The notes under the pieces: generated by a model
What the model saw: the letters and a program-made list of their open reading frames with translations, nothing else
Database searches by the model: none
What the model was told of the DNA's origin: nothing
Shown here: in pieces, positions 12,901 through 27,900 of the stretch
Numbering within the stretch: position 1 is the first letter of the stretch
How the letters are laid out: each line of letters opens with the position of its first letter
Made by a program: the position numbers and the translations under genes
Assembly: GCA_964106645.2 (NCBI GenBank)
Contig: OZ067041.1
Source of the DNA: Podarcis pityusensis
Taxonomy: Eukaryota
DNA: 64,000 nucleotides
Reading direction: 5' to 3' (one strand)

Positions 12901-15900
12901 AGAAAATTTGAGTTAAGCAAACAGATTGCCTTTGTATCATGCCAAGCAGCCTAGATAAATAGGTATTATGTACTTTTTTGGACTAGTTGGCAGGTTCAAT
13001 TTCACTGAACATCCTTCAGTCCTACAAAAAAATCCCAGCTATTGATTTCCCGTAGATGCATCTGTCTCAGTACTATAAGCAGAAAAATGCTTCAATAACT
13101 ATCCAAAGCAGAATAGAGCAGTAAAGAAAATTGTGTACAAATTGCATAGAGAAAATTGTGTGAATTTCACACAGAGCCTAACTACTGTGTCCAAAGAACA
13201 ATTCTTCTATCCAGTGGTCACACATGGATAAATAAAGGTATCCTTCCCCCATTAATCCCAGCTGATACGTTTCACACCTAGAAGGAACATGAGTAGTATC
13301 AGCCATAATCAGAACGTTTACCATTCCTCTCATGGTGTTATCTACTGCGAATATTTAGAGGGAAAATGCTTTGTTATGCTTTTGATTACAACTGTATCTT
13401 CTTCAGAAGTGTTAAATAAAACATCCACCATCATAGTTAAGAATACGTGTGCTCTGATCTTAGTAGATTATTCTGGTCTTACCTCACCTAATATTCAAGG
13501 CTTTTTTCTTTTAGCCAAGTGGTGTGTGTGTGCGCGCGCAGTTATTATAGGGATGTCAGAGTACACTTAAGTGAGGAACCTTGTCTATGGAATGGCCACT
13601 TGGCTAGAAATATTAATTCTCTATATTTTCAAACCGTAAGAACACTTAGAACTTGCACATGAGTCATCTCTTTCCTTGACCGAGGTACTGCATGCCTCTT
13701 TCTAATCCCTTGTATACGGAAAGGTTTCTAGTGTTATCACATATCATTGCTGTCCTACCATCAGAAAACCTCCTCCTTCAAACATGTTTTGATGAAACAA
13801 GGGATATGTCTGCATCAGCTGTATCAGACTAAAAAGTGTGCCAGTACACTCTCTGCCCCTATTCTTCTGGGGGCAGCAGAGCAATTAAGCAGTAACTCAA
13901 CTAGTTAGAATAAAGATCATCAGTGCTTGCGCTAGGAGCAATAGAGAGCTGGTATGTGGATAAATGAAAGCAGCCAGTGAGCCTTCATCTGTGACATGGG
14001 AATGAGACAAATAAAGGGATTGTGCATTCTAGCTGGTGAGACCTGGAACTAAAGAGCATGCAAGAGGAACTTGTTTCTAGCCATGTGCCTTACTGCGACC
14101 TTGTCTAGAAATAGATTCAGCCACAAGACAAATATCATTTTGTAGATCAGCTGTTCTCGATAGCAAAAAGGAGCATTCATTTTTTGCTTTTTGAACAGCA
14201 TAGATTGCTACTTTTACACCCAATGTAAAGCAAGTATCACTAAAACCAACCGTAGGAAGTTCAGACGTTCTTGGACTTCTTGCACATGACTGTATCTACT
14301 CCCAGGTCTTACAGTTTGTGGATCGTATTCTCCATGCTCTGAAAATTTAATACAAAATATTATAATACTTTTTTTTAATCCAACAGCAAAACCTTTTCAA
14401 TTTTTCTTTAAAGGACGTGCCATTATGTCCAAGAAAGTGCTTAGGATTGCATACATTATAAAGTTTCTTATCCAGTCTTATCTATTAAAAGAGTATTTAA
14501 AATTAGTGATGGCTTTTCTATTTGAAAGGTATATGCAAAGTTTACATTCCAACAACAAAATTACTTTGGAAAATTATCAGAAACTACCCAATATTAGATA
14601 CCATATTTGCAGCAAATGTTGAAATTAACTTTTCCAGAAGTAGTTAAGCAAAATGTGGGAGATATAAATTTCAATCACAGCACATTTTATAGCTATTGTA
14701 AAAATACACAAATGTACACAAAATTGGCAGCATTGCCAATAAAATAATTCTGCCCCTCCCACGTATTTGCTTAAATATGTACAGTTGGGTCTGGAAAAAT
14801 ACCTAAAGTAGAATCTAGGTGGAAGGTGACTTTCCCACTTCCTTCAGCATATAAAGAGGAAATAAATAGCTAGACAAAATTAAATTTAACTCACCTTTAG
14901 CATACTGTCTCATGCTTTCCATATACGCTGAAAGATTTTCTGCAACTAAAGTTACTAGAGCATGATTGTGCTGAAGTTGATTGATTAAGTCATGGCGATA
15001 AAACACATGGGGGCTTCGCTGAGTTTGACTGCAGTTTAAACACACATCAAAGTGTTACAAGTCCTGTTACTGAGAGTTTCAAACAATCCATTCCAAATGG
15101 CTACCATATTGCAAAACTATGCACACTCCCTCCCAAAGCTCCTAATCCCCTTAGATATGAGAGGGGTTTGGGGACTTGAGCAGACCAATTAGTTCTCCCC
15201 AGTTCTGTCTCTTTTATTTTCAATGAATGCATTAAAATTCTGTATCTCAACTTCTCTCAACCATAGCAATGACATACTCATGCAGGCTGCCAAGCTTCAG
15301 ATTGCCCTTTAAGTCTTTATTCCCCCTACCCCAAGACAAGAGCTTCCCACAGAAAACACCGAAAAAAATCCAGTATTTTAGTATAATTGTGATTGGGCAA
15401 CAGTGCCCTCACCCCAAGGTAACAGCAAAGACATGAGTTCTTGTCTTCAACATTCAGTGTGAAACAAGTTCCATCTTCAGACAACTGAGTGAGTTACTCC
15501 CAATTTTCTGGCTTCTAAAGGCTTCAGCTTTACGAATGCCATAAGCCAATTTAACTGAAAGGAATGACCAGTGAGAACCAGGGGGAAATAATCTGATCGT
15601 CAGGCAGGAGAGAGAAAATTGAGGAGACTGCGCTTGCCTCCCAGAGTTCTTTGCTCTCCTGCCTCCGTCACGTGATTAGAAAAGTTAGTCAACCCATCCA
15701 TCTGGGTCATCAGCAACCATCTCAAATGGAATTGCATCCATTATGTATTAATATTTCCCATTATATTTCAGCAATACTAATGGATTATGGGAACTGTGTA
15801 CCCTTTTTTCTAGCCCAACACATTAAATAAATGAAAAGTTTATATTAAAGTCTCACCTCAAGTTTTGTGGTGCTTCACCAAACAAACTACAAATTTCCCT

Positions 15901-18900
15901 AATTTGTTTCAATGCAGGAATGACCCATTTATCATTTGTGCGAAGCTCTTCTATAAAACGATCTATCCATTGTATTTTTTGTGTATCTCGATCCTTAAAA
16001 AACAAATATTTTTATTTTAGCTTGCAACAATTAAGTAATTTTAAAGTGGTTTATCCATTTCTGGCTCCCTGTTTTAAATACTTTGGAACTGAATCATTAG
16101 GTTAGTAAACAGCCTACTAGAGAAGTTAACCAACAAACTCAAAAGAGAACAGGTAGAAGCAAAGGAGGGCACCTTCAGCCCAATATGGGTCTCCTTCATC
16201 ACATACACAGCACAAAAGGACAATGACCAACCCTCCCCTGCAACATCTAATATCATTTGTTTTTATCCCTTTGGTGTCTGCTGCCCTGGTATCCTTTTGA
16301 GAGTAGGGCTGGGTACAAATTCAATACATAAATAATATGGACACCATGGCAAGCTCTCGTTAACACTAATCAAAAGGGAGGAAGACAAAGTGAAGCTGAA
16401 AGGGAGGGAGAACATATGCCAGCCCATAGCTTGCTCATAATCCTCTAAGCCATGGTTAGGAGTAGCATCTGAAACGAGCTTTTTGATATCTACCCTCTTC
16501 CTTTATTTTTGTGAAAATAATACAACAGTCTTAATGCCACTATAGTATCAAATCCCAGTGTTAATACCAATGGGACTATGGATTATTGGGACATACATGA
16601 ATTAACCTTGTGTTCACAAGTTCCCTTCATCATATGCTCTAATTTCAATAAGTTCCATCACCAAAAACAATTTCTTGTTACATCTGAACTGCCAAACTAT
16701 GATTTTCATAACCCCTCTAAACCAGGGATGCAATCCTAGTCTGAAAGAATTCAACAGCAAGGTCACCATTTCATATTTAACAGCAAACTAGGAGAGAGAA
16801 AGGTAGTAATACACAAGCATAATGTCAGCCAACCCAAAGATAATGACTACCAAACAGAATATATTTACCTGAGAACAACTATAATCTAAGATTTTAATGT
16901 GGGCACTGAGAGCCTGGTCCATGATATCAACTGGAACATCATCACTATGTGCTAAATTCCATAGAAGGTTCAGTACTTTGTGCGCCATCACACCATCTTT
17001 ATCATCTTCTGCAAGACGACGAATTAACTCAAGTAGCTTTTCACGCTGCTTTTTGCTTGCATTTGTCCAACTTGCCTAGAAAATAAAGGGACACCACCAG
17101 AATATTTTAATGTGGCCTGAAAATCAAAGGTATGTGAATTGAAATACTAAAAGTGTTAAAATTAAGTTATATTGTCAAAATGCAAATTAAGATACGATAG
17201 TAATTCTACTGTTCTTTCCAGTAACACCAATTAGAATGTCAGCACTGAGTAGCTTACCAAAAACTGGAAGAACTAAGCTATTTTTAGATCATTTTCAAAT
17301 ACTTCACTTGAATGGATTTGTAATCAGTAATAATATTAATTGTTCAGTGACTGCATTTCACAGTAATAGGAAATAATAGGAAGTCAGACAGAAAGGCCTC
17401 TTCTTCCATTCAAAATAAATCCATGGCCCTGCTTCAGCAGAAGAGCAGAAGCCAAGCAAAATTTACTTTGTTACCCAAGATTGTTAAGAATTGCCCTACT
17501 GAATCAGGACAAAGTCCCATCGACACCAGCATCAACTTCTAAGTGGCTAAACAGACTATGGGAAGTTCACACACAGTAGATGAGCACAATCTGCACTTGT
17601 GAATACCAGCAACAGGTATTCAAAAGCGTACTGTCTGCAACAATGGATGCCATACATAGCCTCCATGGCTAGCAGCTATTGATGGCCTCATCCTCCATGA
17701 ATTTGCCTACTCTTTTAAAATCATCCAAATTGGTGGTCATCTCTACACCTTCTAGGAGTGAATTCTGTTGTTTATGCCTTAAGTGAAATAATACTTCATT
17801 TTGCCCATCTAGAATCACTGGATTTTGCCCATCATTAGCTTCACTGGATGGCCCTGGATTCTACTATTATGAGAGGGTGAAAAAGAAGCATTGGTCATGA
17901 GTGTGAAGGGGATATCTGTGTGCACATAAATCTGCTGTCGTTACAGGACTTCAGCACCACCTGGTGGTTGATGGCGAAACTGCTGCTCAAACAAAGACTT
18001 CCTTTGTTGCATTCTCCCATGAGCCCTCAATTTTACTTTAAGTCCAAACATCCCAGAGGACTGGACAGAAAATACGGTTTCTTGACCCCCTTCATCCTTT
18101 GAAAATTCATCTTCCATCCACTAAAACATGCACACTAAGCACTGAGAGGCTGCTTTTCCACATGACAAAACATAACATTTGCTCCTCCCAATTCGGTGAA
18201 GTTCAAAAAACTCAGGACTCTGGGGGAGCTTAGCCTATCCCCAAGTTCAGTGATAGTAAAGCAATGAAGGAATAGTAAAGTTCCTTCATTACCAGGAACT
18301 CCCACTGTTGACCCTGAGGCTGTCCCTTGCTCTAATTAATAACAGCAAATTAGTATGTATGCTTACCTTGAAACAATCAAATAGGTGGTCAAGTTGTTCA
18401 GGAGAGAAATCCCAGGCCAGTTTTGCAAGAAGGTCATGTACATTCTTCACAATGGCTTCATGTTTTCCTGCCTTGATAAGAAAGAGTTAACACCATTTAC
18501 TGCTATCTCTACAAAAGACAGGATTGTCTTTATTTTTCTGAGACTTGAATTTCTATTACAGCCATTTCCCCACAGGTTATCCTACAAAGTGGAATTGACC
18601 TGCACTTACAGTGACCTTAGAACAATTCTTGAAAAACTAGCACTGTTCTCATCCTGTTCTCATTTTTCTATGGCAGGTTGGAAAAGATAGCTTATGTAAT
18701 ACCTCAGACTTTAAACTGCACTTATCTCTTGCTCTCTTGACTTTTTCAATTCCTATTCTTTAAAACCCTTTTGGCTTTTTATTTACAAAATCGATACTCT
18801 ATATAAAGAGGCTAGATGATCAGTTTACAGATCATCATTACATTTCCCAAAGAAAGGTACAGCCAATAGTTAATACTCCTTCATATTTCTAATGCACATT

Positions 18901-21900
18901 TGCTTTTGAACATTTAAGCTAATAAAAATTGGGTTTTTTAATTTACACTTCAGAATTGCAACTGACTTAGAGCAACAGCAACACTAGGCTTAAATCTTCC
19001 TGTTCCAAAACTTTAATAGAACTTAACTGGCCAAGTTTGAAAAAGCAGGCAATTAGCACTATGACCGCAATGTCAGCTCAATCTACTAAACCCATTTAAC
19101 TTAATAATAATAATATTTATATGGTATTCTCAGTGTGCATGGCACTTCACAGAGCAACAAGATGATAAATTCCTGCTCCAAGGAGCTTACCATACACAAA
19201 ACAGAGAAGGGAAAGGCAAGATAAATCAAAGAATATGCAATTATTTCAGTTATATGTGTTTATGCCATAGGGAATGGAAACAGGGGTTGATCAAAAGGCA
19301 AAACCTACAATGATTAACTTCTTAAATTTGATGACCCAAGAAAAAAGAGCACACCAATAATTCATCAGGCTTCCTGTGCCACATTTAGCTTCCTTCTTTT
19401 GGTAGCACAGCATATGTGAACTAACCAAAAGTTTGTGTCCACCACAGAAGAACATAACATAATAAACTATGGTATTTGCAGACAGACTGACGAATTATAC
19501 TTTAACATCTGTATCACAAAATATAAGCAACTCCAACTCATGCATGATAAGTAGTTCAAAATAAATTGCTCTCACTCAAGGTGACAGTTGTTTAGTCCCT
19601 ACCTGTGCAGCCCAAATGTTGTCAAGGTCTTGCAAGGTGAGGGCCTTTTCTTTGATGACAAAACGAAGAATTTTCTCTAATTTTTCTACATACTGAGGTT
19701 GATGTAGACTATCCCTTAACACAATCGATAAGATATTATTCTGTTGAATCCACTCCTAAATTTAAGAAGGTAAAGAAAATTTCAGATGACAGCAGGCAGC
19801 ACATTATAAACACGCCCAAAAAATGAAAGTCACACTTATTTTTGTAACAATATGGAACAGGGGGTCCAACTCTGACCACCAGAGTTTATCTTATTCATAA
19901 GCAATGTTATCTACTTACTGGCAATTCCACATTTTACACTATTCAGGCGCAATATACTATATAGGCATGTAAGCAGATACCAAAAGTAATGCCAAGAACC
20001 AGCTATTTGGCAGAAGCATCAAAAGCCATTTCACAGAAGTGTCAAAAGGGAGATGCTTGTTACACCAGGGGTGGCTAACCTATGGCCCTCCAGATGTTGA
20101 ACTACAATTCCCATCAACCCCTGGCCATTGGCCATGCTGGCTGCAGTTGATGGGAGTTACGAGTACACCTGGTTACCTATCTGAGTTAAACAACAGGCAA
20201 ACAGAGCAACTTCCAGAAGTGCTGGTAGTACAACTCACGATATCCGTTCATTTTCTCATTTCCCCCGTGCTTCCCTTCCATTTCTGCACCTTGTCCTAAC
20301 CATTTCCAGCTGCTATAACATGATGTTGTGGGACTACAACTCTCAACCACTCCTGATCATTGGTCATAATGGCTGGGGGCTGATGGGACACTGGAGTCCA
20401 AGAACATCTGGAAGGCCACAAATTCCCTACCCCAAACTCATAATGTTGCAGTATTAAAATTAAAACTTCCACCATCAACCCCACTAAATTTGAGCATAGA
20501 GTAGAAAGTACACAGGGCATGCTGAGAGAAGTCTTAACTCCACTGAGCTATTTATGACATAGCTTTTTCAGTAGTTGCCCTAAGGATGTGGAATCCTTCA
20601 CTTTTTCACACTTGTAGTGTTCCAGATGCTGTTGGATAACAGGTCCCATAATCCTTGACCATTTCCCATGCTGCTGAGGAAAGTTGAAGTCCAACTATAT
20701 TTGAAGGGCCACAGGTTCCCCACCCTTGGTTTAAATACCTTGCTGGAAATGGTTTTGTTACACAAAGTCTTTGGTTCTTGAATTTTTACCATATATTGAG
20801 CTTTTTAGTGGGTTGTTTTGAGTTTGGTTTTATCAAATAGTGTATGTTTTTATTTTGATTGTTTGTTACTTACATTTTAATGTCTTATTGTCTTTAATTG
20901 TCTCATAAGCTACTTTGTGTCCATAGACAACAAAACAAGGTAAAATAATAATATCAAAATCAAAGTTAAGGAAAACATCTCCTGGAAAGAAAGGCAGACA
21001 AATGCTTTGAACGGATACAAAGATATAATTCAAAGAACTTACTGCCATTCTTTCTGCTGTAAGCCATTCCTCCTCTTCGGGATTGCCATGCCGATGAGTG
21101 TAATATGACACACTAGATATCACCTTGTTAACTTCATTTAGTGCATTCATTTTTCCATTAAACGATGAAATTTGCAACAATCTGTGGAGAAATGTATGTA
21201 TAAGAGAAGCAGAATCGGATACCAAACATAGAAAACACTGTAGTCATAAAATAAAATAAAAGGCCTTACCTAAGTATCATTTTTAATCTAAATATTTCTA
21301 GGTTTTTTACAGTTTCCTCTTGCCCTGGAACTCTTGAGGCTAAGTTCTTTAGAGATTTGATTATCATTGACAAAGCATCATTTTTGGCTTCATTCTTGGC
21401 TTCTTTTTTCAGTTCATCATCAGTTAAGTTTTCTAAAAACTGTGGAACCATTTCTATAATGGGAAGGAAGTATTTCTTCACTGTATGCAGTGTTAGAAAC
21501 TCATAGCACTGTCCAAATGGTCTGGAGAGAGAAAAAACAGTATAAAAGGCTTAAAGTAGTATTAAGGAGAACCAGTATTTACTAAAAAAAATTACAAACC
21601 GGCAAGTTAATGATTACCAACCAAAATATTATGCCTCTCCACATTCTGCCATCCCATTAGCAGATGAAGAACGTTGTGGTTTCCAGGTATTTTTGAGGGG
21701 CAATATGTGAATTGGATACCCCCAAACCACCACTAACACTGGAGCTCCTCCTGGTGGCCACCATGTCCCCTCTACCCACTGAAGCAATGCTTTATGGCAG
21801 GCTGCCTCAAACTCGGCCCTCCAGATGTTTTTGGTCTACAGCTCCCATGATCCCTAGCTATCAGACCAGTGGTAAGGGATGATGGGAACTGTAGTCTCAA

Positions 21901-24900
21901 AACATCTGGATGGCCGGGTTTGAGGAAGCCAGCTTTATGGTAACAAAGTGTCAAACTGACAGAGGGTACTGTGGGAAAATTAGTGCCCCTCTCCCCACTT
22001 GGACTCCCATTCTGCCCCAGAAGCCCCTGCCAGAATGACATCTCATGACATTGTTCCAAGGGCCTTTGTGAGTGTAAACAGTGGACGTCAGTAACTGAAA
22101 AAAGATCTTGCTGTGTCTCAACATCATTAATTTCATCCCAGATCTTGACCACTTCCATACTATTCAAGTTAAATGTTCTCTACAAAGAGCTGAACTGCTA
22201 GCAAAATGACTCTGGCTGAGTTTGTGTGTATCTTTCTTCCAAGAGCACTGGGGGTAAGGTTCCTAAGGTGCTTATACATACAATTCTGCAAAATACACAG
22301 ACGCAACTCCCTACTGTATATGTAATATCCTCTTGCCCCAACTCATTACAATCCAGATGTGCCAAATTTTCCACACAAGAAACAATACAGGGTGTAGAAG
22401 GTTCAAATGGAGTGGTGGTCCTCCACCAGCAACAGACGCAGCTCACCAAAGTTCCAGCATTCTATTCCAACAGCAAACTGCTACTGGGGAAACTCGGAAA
22501 CCTCACAACAAACCTTGGCTTTCATCAGTCTCATTGCCGTAATTTCCCATACATTATGGTTCCTAATTAAGGTTACCTGCCCCAAACCTGAGCTTGCTAG
22601 ATCAAAGCAAAGATTAAGGTCTTCTGAAAGTGTGTATGGTTTAAAGCTAATCTGTATAGTAATTAAGGTAGTTTTATAAATCTTTTTTTATAAAAGATAT
22701 AAACTGGAAGGACAGATCGTGAAGCTGAGGCTCCAATACTTTGGCCACCTCATGAGAAGAGAAGACTCCCTGGAAAAGAACCTGATGTTGAGAAAGATGG
22801 AGGGCACAAGGAGAAGGGGACGGCAGAGAATGAGATGGTTGGATAGTGTTCTTGAAGCTACCAGCATGAGTTTGATCAAACTGCGGGAGGCAGTGGAGGA
22901 CAGAAGTGCCTGGCGTGCTCTGGTCCATGGGGTCACGAAGAGTCGGACACGACTAAACGACTAAACAACAACAAATAAATCTTTGCTCCTAGACTGCAAA
23001 CCCTAAATGACAAAATATCTATTTTTGAATAAATTGGCTCTTTTTGCAATCAAGCTAAACAGAATGTGCCTAGGTTAGCATTTTCAAAGTAAGTAGCATA
23101 CTGTTTTCATCCTCTTTTTCCCTTTCAAAAAAGCTCAGAACTGCTAACAATAATTCACACTAGAGGGTATATATACTTCACAAAAATAATAAAAACTGCA
23201 GCACATCCATCCTCATGCACTACTGAAGAAACCAGAAGACCTGAATCTATTATTCAGACTTAATGATCACTTGCTTGTACAAGCTGGGGCATCAGATTTT
23301 CATCAATCCTCACACACACACACACCCCCAGCGCTCCTGTGGTAAAGCCAATGATGAGAGGGAAACTAACTCAAGGGATACTGTTATTCAGTTGATACAT
23401 AGAAAAAGGACTTACTTGATGAGAGCTGCAATAATCTGAACATTCAATGCTGATCCGCTCATAAAACGATCGTGTAAGATCTGAAACCCATTCAATGTGC
23501 CAAACTTGTTGATGAGATCTACTAGCCAACCCTGCAAAACAATTTTTCCTGCTTTACATGTCATTCTACCAACACATATTTACATTGCAAAGAACAAGTC
23601 CTACTTTTGGTCACAATTAGAAGTAAATATACTCCTTTAACCATGATTATCCTCTCGTGTACTGTTAATAATTTCAAAATATTTTGCAAGTTGTGATAAT
23701 ACCAGCAATTCAGTATTATACTATTATAAAAGACAGGTATTTCTGAACAAGAGAGCTTTTATGCACAGTAATCTGTTATCTTCTGACAGAAATTAATACA
23801 AGATTTCCTTTTAGGTTAGAAACCAGAAGTGAATACAGATTAATGGGGTGTGGGGGACAGTTTTAGTATATGGAGATCATCATAACAGGCCTCAGCCAAA
23901 AGCTATATTGACCTCCTTTTGAAGTTCCAGTCATGCGAACTGAGACTTCCCAACACCTTGAGGCTCCAAGGGAGTTAGCCTTGAAACAAACATACCAAAT
24001 TATACACTACAATGAAGTTAGCAACTTTCACAAATTTTAACTCCAACTTTTTTGCCTGTGATTTGATACATTTGCAACTACAGTCATACCTTGGTTTTCA
24101 AACAACTTAGTTGTTACACGTTTTGTCTTGCAAACGCTGCAAACCCAGAAGTGACTTTTCCGGTTTGCGAACTATTTTTGGAAGCCGAACATCTGAAAGG
24201 GCTTCCACGGCTTCTGATTGGCTGCAGGAGCTTCCTGCAGCCAATCAGAAGCCGCGCTTTGGTTTTTGAACATTTTGGAAGTTGAACGGACTTTCGGAAC
24301 GGATTCCGTTCAACTTCCAAGGTTCGACTGTACATTAAGGCTAATGATACTTAGTTTACAAATCCTGATTAAGACAGAAGCATGTTTAGCATTAGTCAAG
24401 GTTTCACAGCAGATCTAATAAATAACCATGGTGAAGTCTGACAGAAAATAGTGAAGAGAATTCATTTTAAGATGAATATTTAAGATGATACCTAGTTCTG
24501 ATTTGTGCCTAAGCACAATGCAGGCTATAGCACGTGTTTATGTGTCTACTGCTTTTATGACTTGATTAAGAATGCACTAGGAAACAGGGAGAGTACAGTT
24601 TCTGCTTCACCTGGTTCTTACTTTTCCAACTTTGCAAAAACCGAAGAGGCAAACCAACACCCCAGAAAACAACTGTCCAGAAATGTCTTAAGTGACAATG
24701 ATCACTGCTGCTTCAAAATTTCAAATCAACATACCTTTGGTGACCGCGGGTCTGGAGGACGAGCATAAAGTTCATCTTCAGCCAGCTGAACTCCAGCAGG
24801 AACAGTTTCAGAGGGACGTGTACCATTGTAAAGATGGAATTTGCAATGAGGATTTAAGGCCATTGCAAGAAGTTCAAGAAGAGGAAACCAATCTTGGGCC

Positions 24901-27900
24901 AGCTTTGCCACACAGAGTTCAACTAGGCGGTGAGTGTTGTTAATGATACATCTCTATTAAGAAAAAAATACTTTATATAAACTTGCTTGATAGTGAAATT
25001 CCTTATCAGAGTAAAGAAAATTCTATAAACCCTTGTTGCATGAAATTATTTATTTCAAACCATACAAATTTAAGCTACAGGAATTATATAGTAAAAGTAA
25101 TGCAACAGTTTTCACAAGTGTCACAGGTAATTAACCAGTTTTTACCATAGTGAAGTTGTTGACATAATAGATACATGAATGGGTAGCTAAAACAAACTTA
25201 CATGAATCTCAAATTTCCAGCCACTCACTGCCTCATCTGTAAGGATTTTTGTGAAAGAGATTGTTAACCCATCTCGAAAAAATCGCTGACATGCTTCACT
25301 TTTAACATCAAGGCCTGTGTAAAAAGAGATCATCAAAGAATTAAGTTACTTGGTGTCATACACTGACTACTAAATTACCAACAATAAAACATTCGGAAAA
25401 TGCTTCAAAAGAAAGTTGTTTAATACATTTAATACCAATTATACTTTAACCAAACTGCATAAAACTTGAGTTAAATTTTCTTAACAACACTGCATAGACA
25501 CTATATCCATGCAACAGTTTAACTACTGTTGATTATTTTTCTATGCATGTTCCTAGCCTTCAAGGTTGCAGGAAACACTACACTGCAGACATTAAATGCC
25601 CAGAAACTAGGAAGTCCCTATCAAGAATATTGCAATAGCTAAAAGAAGTAGGGTTATCATTTTTAAGATCCTTATTATTTATTTCCTCTCAACCTTGCTT
25701 CTGTGCAACTCCCTCTACCAGTCAGCCCCCAGTCAGCCTGCCCTTCTCCAACTTGCAATGGATCTGAAGGCAATTTAGACCTGAAACTGACTCCCAACAT
25801 TGATTCTATTAGCTGAGCACTTTCTCCTGTGCTAATTCTTTAGAAATGCATCAAATCTTCCATCTGTAGTAACACAAATGATTTAAACTAAAAACTGTAA
25901 CAATCCAATTATATTTTTATAATCTGTACAATTCCTATAAGATGGGTCAGTATCATCAAGTTCCCAAATGTAGACAAGAGCAAGCCGCTTGCCCAATACT
26001 GCCTACTGAGTTTAAATTTCAACCCATGGACTTTCCAAGCCGTAGCTCACTCTCAGCCACTATCTTACAAGAATTCTTCAACTACTGAAATGCTGTTTAG
26101 ATATACAAATGAAAGTTCTCCACCAAACCAAAAGAAAACATACTTCAAAACTGACCTGTTTACTCATTTCATTGAACACTATGGGCGTTCCCCAAGTTGC
26201 ACGAGGTTTGTGTTCCAGGCCCCGGTGCACATAAGCAAAAATCGCGTAAGTGCAGAGAACCCTCTAAAAAGCCTCTAAATGCCCGCTGTTCCTGTTCTCC
26301 AGCTCTCTCTTTCCACAACTCTCTCTTCAACTAGAGTTGAAGTTCTAGGGCCAGCTGGAGGATGCACAGAAAAGCAGTGGCTGCTGCACTACTGCACACA
26401 TCAGCTGCTAAGCCTAGCAGCCTAAAAAAAGCTTTGCTGCACCTCCAGTCTCTTTGGGGATTCCTCTGTCCCCAATGAAGTCCTCTTCAGGCACCAGGAA
26501 GGGTCCCTTGAAAGCCATAAGGACTCTCCAGCTCTTTCGCATTTCCTGGCTTGAATCTATTTATTTCTTTATCTCCCTGTATGCACAGTCTAGTAGTTAG
26601 TAAAGCTAGCAATTCTAAATAAGGGATATCACTGTAGGTCATTGAAGTGATATACCCATTGTTCTTAAAAGTTTAATTTTTCAACTTACCTTTTTTACTA
26701 AGCTCAATAGCAGCTTCTAGAAGAACTTCTAACTCCCCTTTAGGCAATACAGGAACAACCCATCGAGGTCTAAGAAAACATTAGAATATAAAATTCAATT
26801 TGACATGAAATCTAACTTTCCCCTTCAATGCTTTTCATCTGGAAAAGATGAAATAATTTGAGCTACAAATTAACACATTGCCTGAAAAATATATATAAAT
26901 ACCTGTTAATCATGTCATCCAACTTGGCCAGGTCAGTGTGTGGAAATGCAGGCTCCTCATCTTCAAGCTGTGGTGGAGCATCACCCTGACCCTGTTCATC
27001 AGGGGGTGTAGCTGGGGAATTCTCATTTGAAGAATCAGGGGAAGAAGTCTGAATTAGAAAATACATAGTTAAGTAAACCACTCAAATACTGAAATTCTTG
27101 CAATAATTTTTAAAATTACGGAGTCATCATACAGTTTAATCAAGTTTTAATGTCTCCTTCTGATAACATTCAAAGGGTAGGCCTTTTTCCCCCTAACGTT
27201 TCAAGGGTAAATGTATCTCTTTCTTCATCATCTTTATGCTGCACAGGACAGTTATTTCGCGCTTTCATTTTAATCATATTTGTACTATGTGTTTTTAGTT
27301 TTCAACATACAATTCTGCAAATTTCCTTTCCCCTATGTACTAAATTTAATAGCTTTTCTAAATCACAACCCCCTCCAAAATCAAAACAGAAGCTTTGATA
27401 TGGTCCTCCTGCTTCTAGGTCATAATTCTAACGCAGTAGCTGCCATGTGTGGTGGGGTAGAGCTGCAGAAACAACCTTCTGACACCAGCATCACTGCTGC
27501 TTGACAGGGCAGGACAGCAGCAAGTTCGGGCCTGTGCAGGGAGCACTGGTGAGATCACACTGGTCTATCATGCACTACTGCAAATGTAATGAGTTCAACG
27601 CCTCTGTGCAATGTAATGCACAAATAACACAAGCAACACCCACAGCAGCCTGTAACCTATAAAACTCAAGTCTCAATCAGGTGCCCTCTGAGTCCTCCTG
27701 TAGGGCAAGCACTTTACATTCCAAGCATGATGAAGAAAAAAGCCACTTTCCACCAAGTTCTATTATCAGGGATAGCAAACACAGTGCCCTCCAGAGGTTC
27801 TGGACTACAGCTCTTATCAGACCAGCTAGCATGGTCAATGGAAGCACAAAACATCTGGAGAGAAGAATGCTGACTACCCATGCTCTATTTGCTACTGAGA

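Noticed and set aside
13476-13500. Tandem minus-strand AG-GTGAG-GTAAGA motif in intron 15 (recursive splice site or cryptic exon)
   Set aside because: Upstream sequence is purine-rich with no polypyrimidine tract, and no convincing partner acceptor
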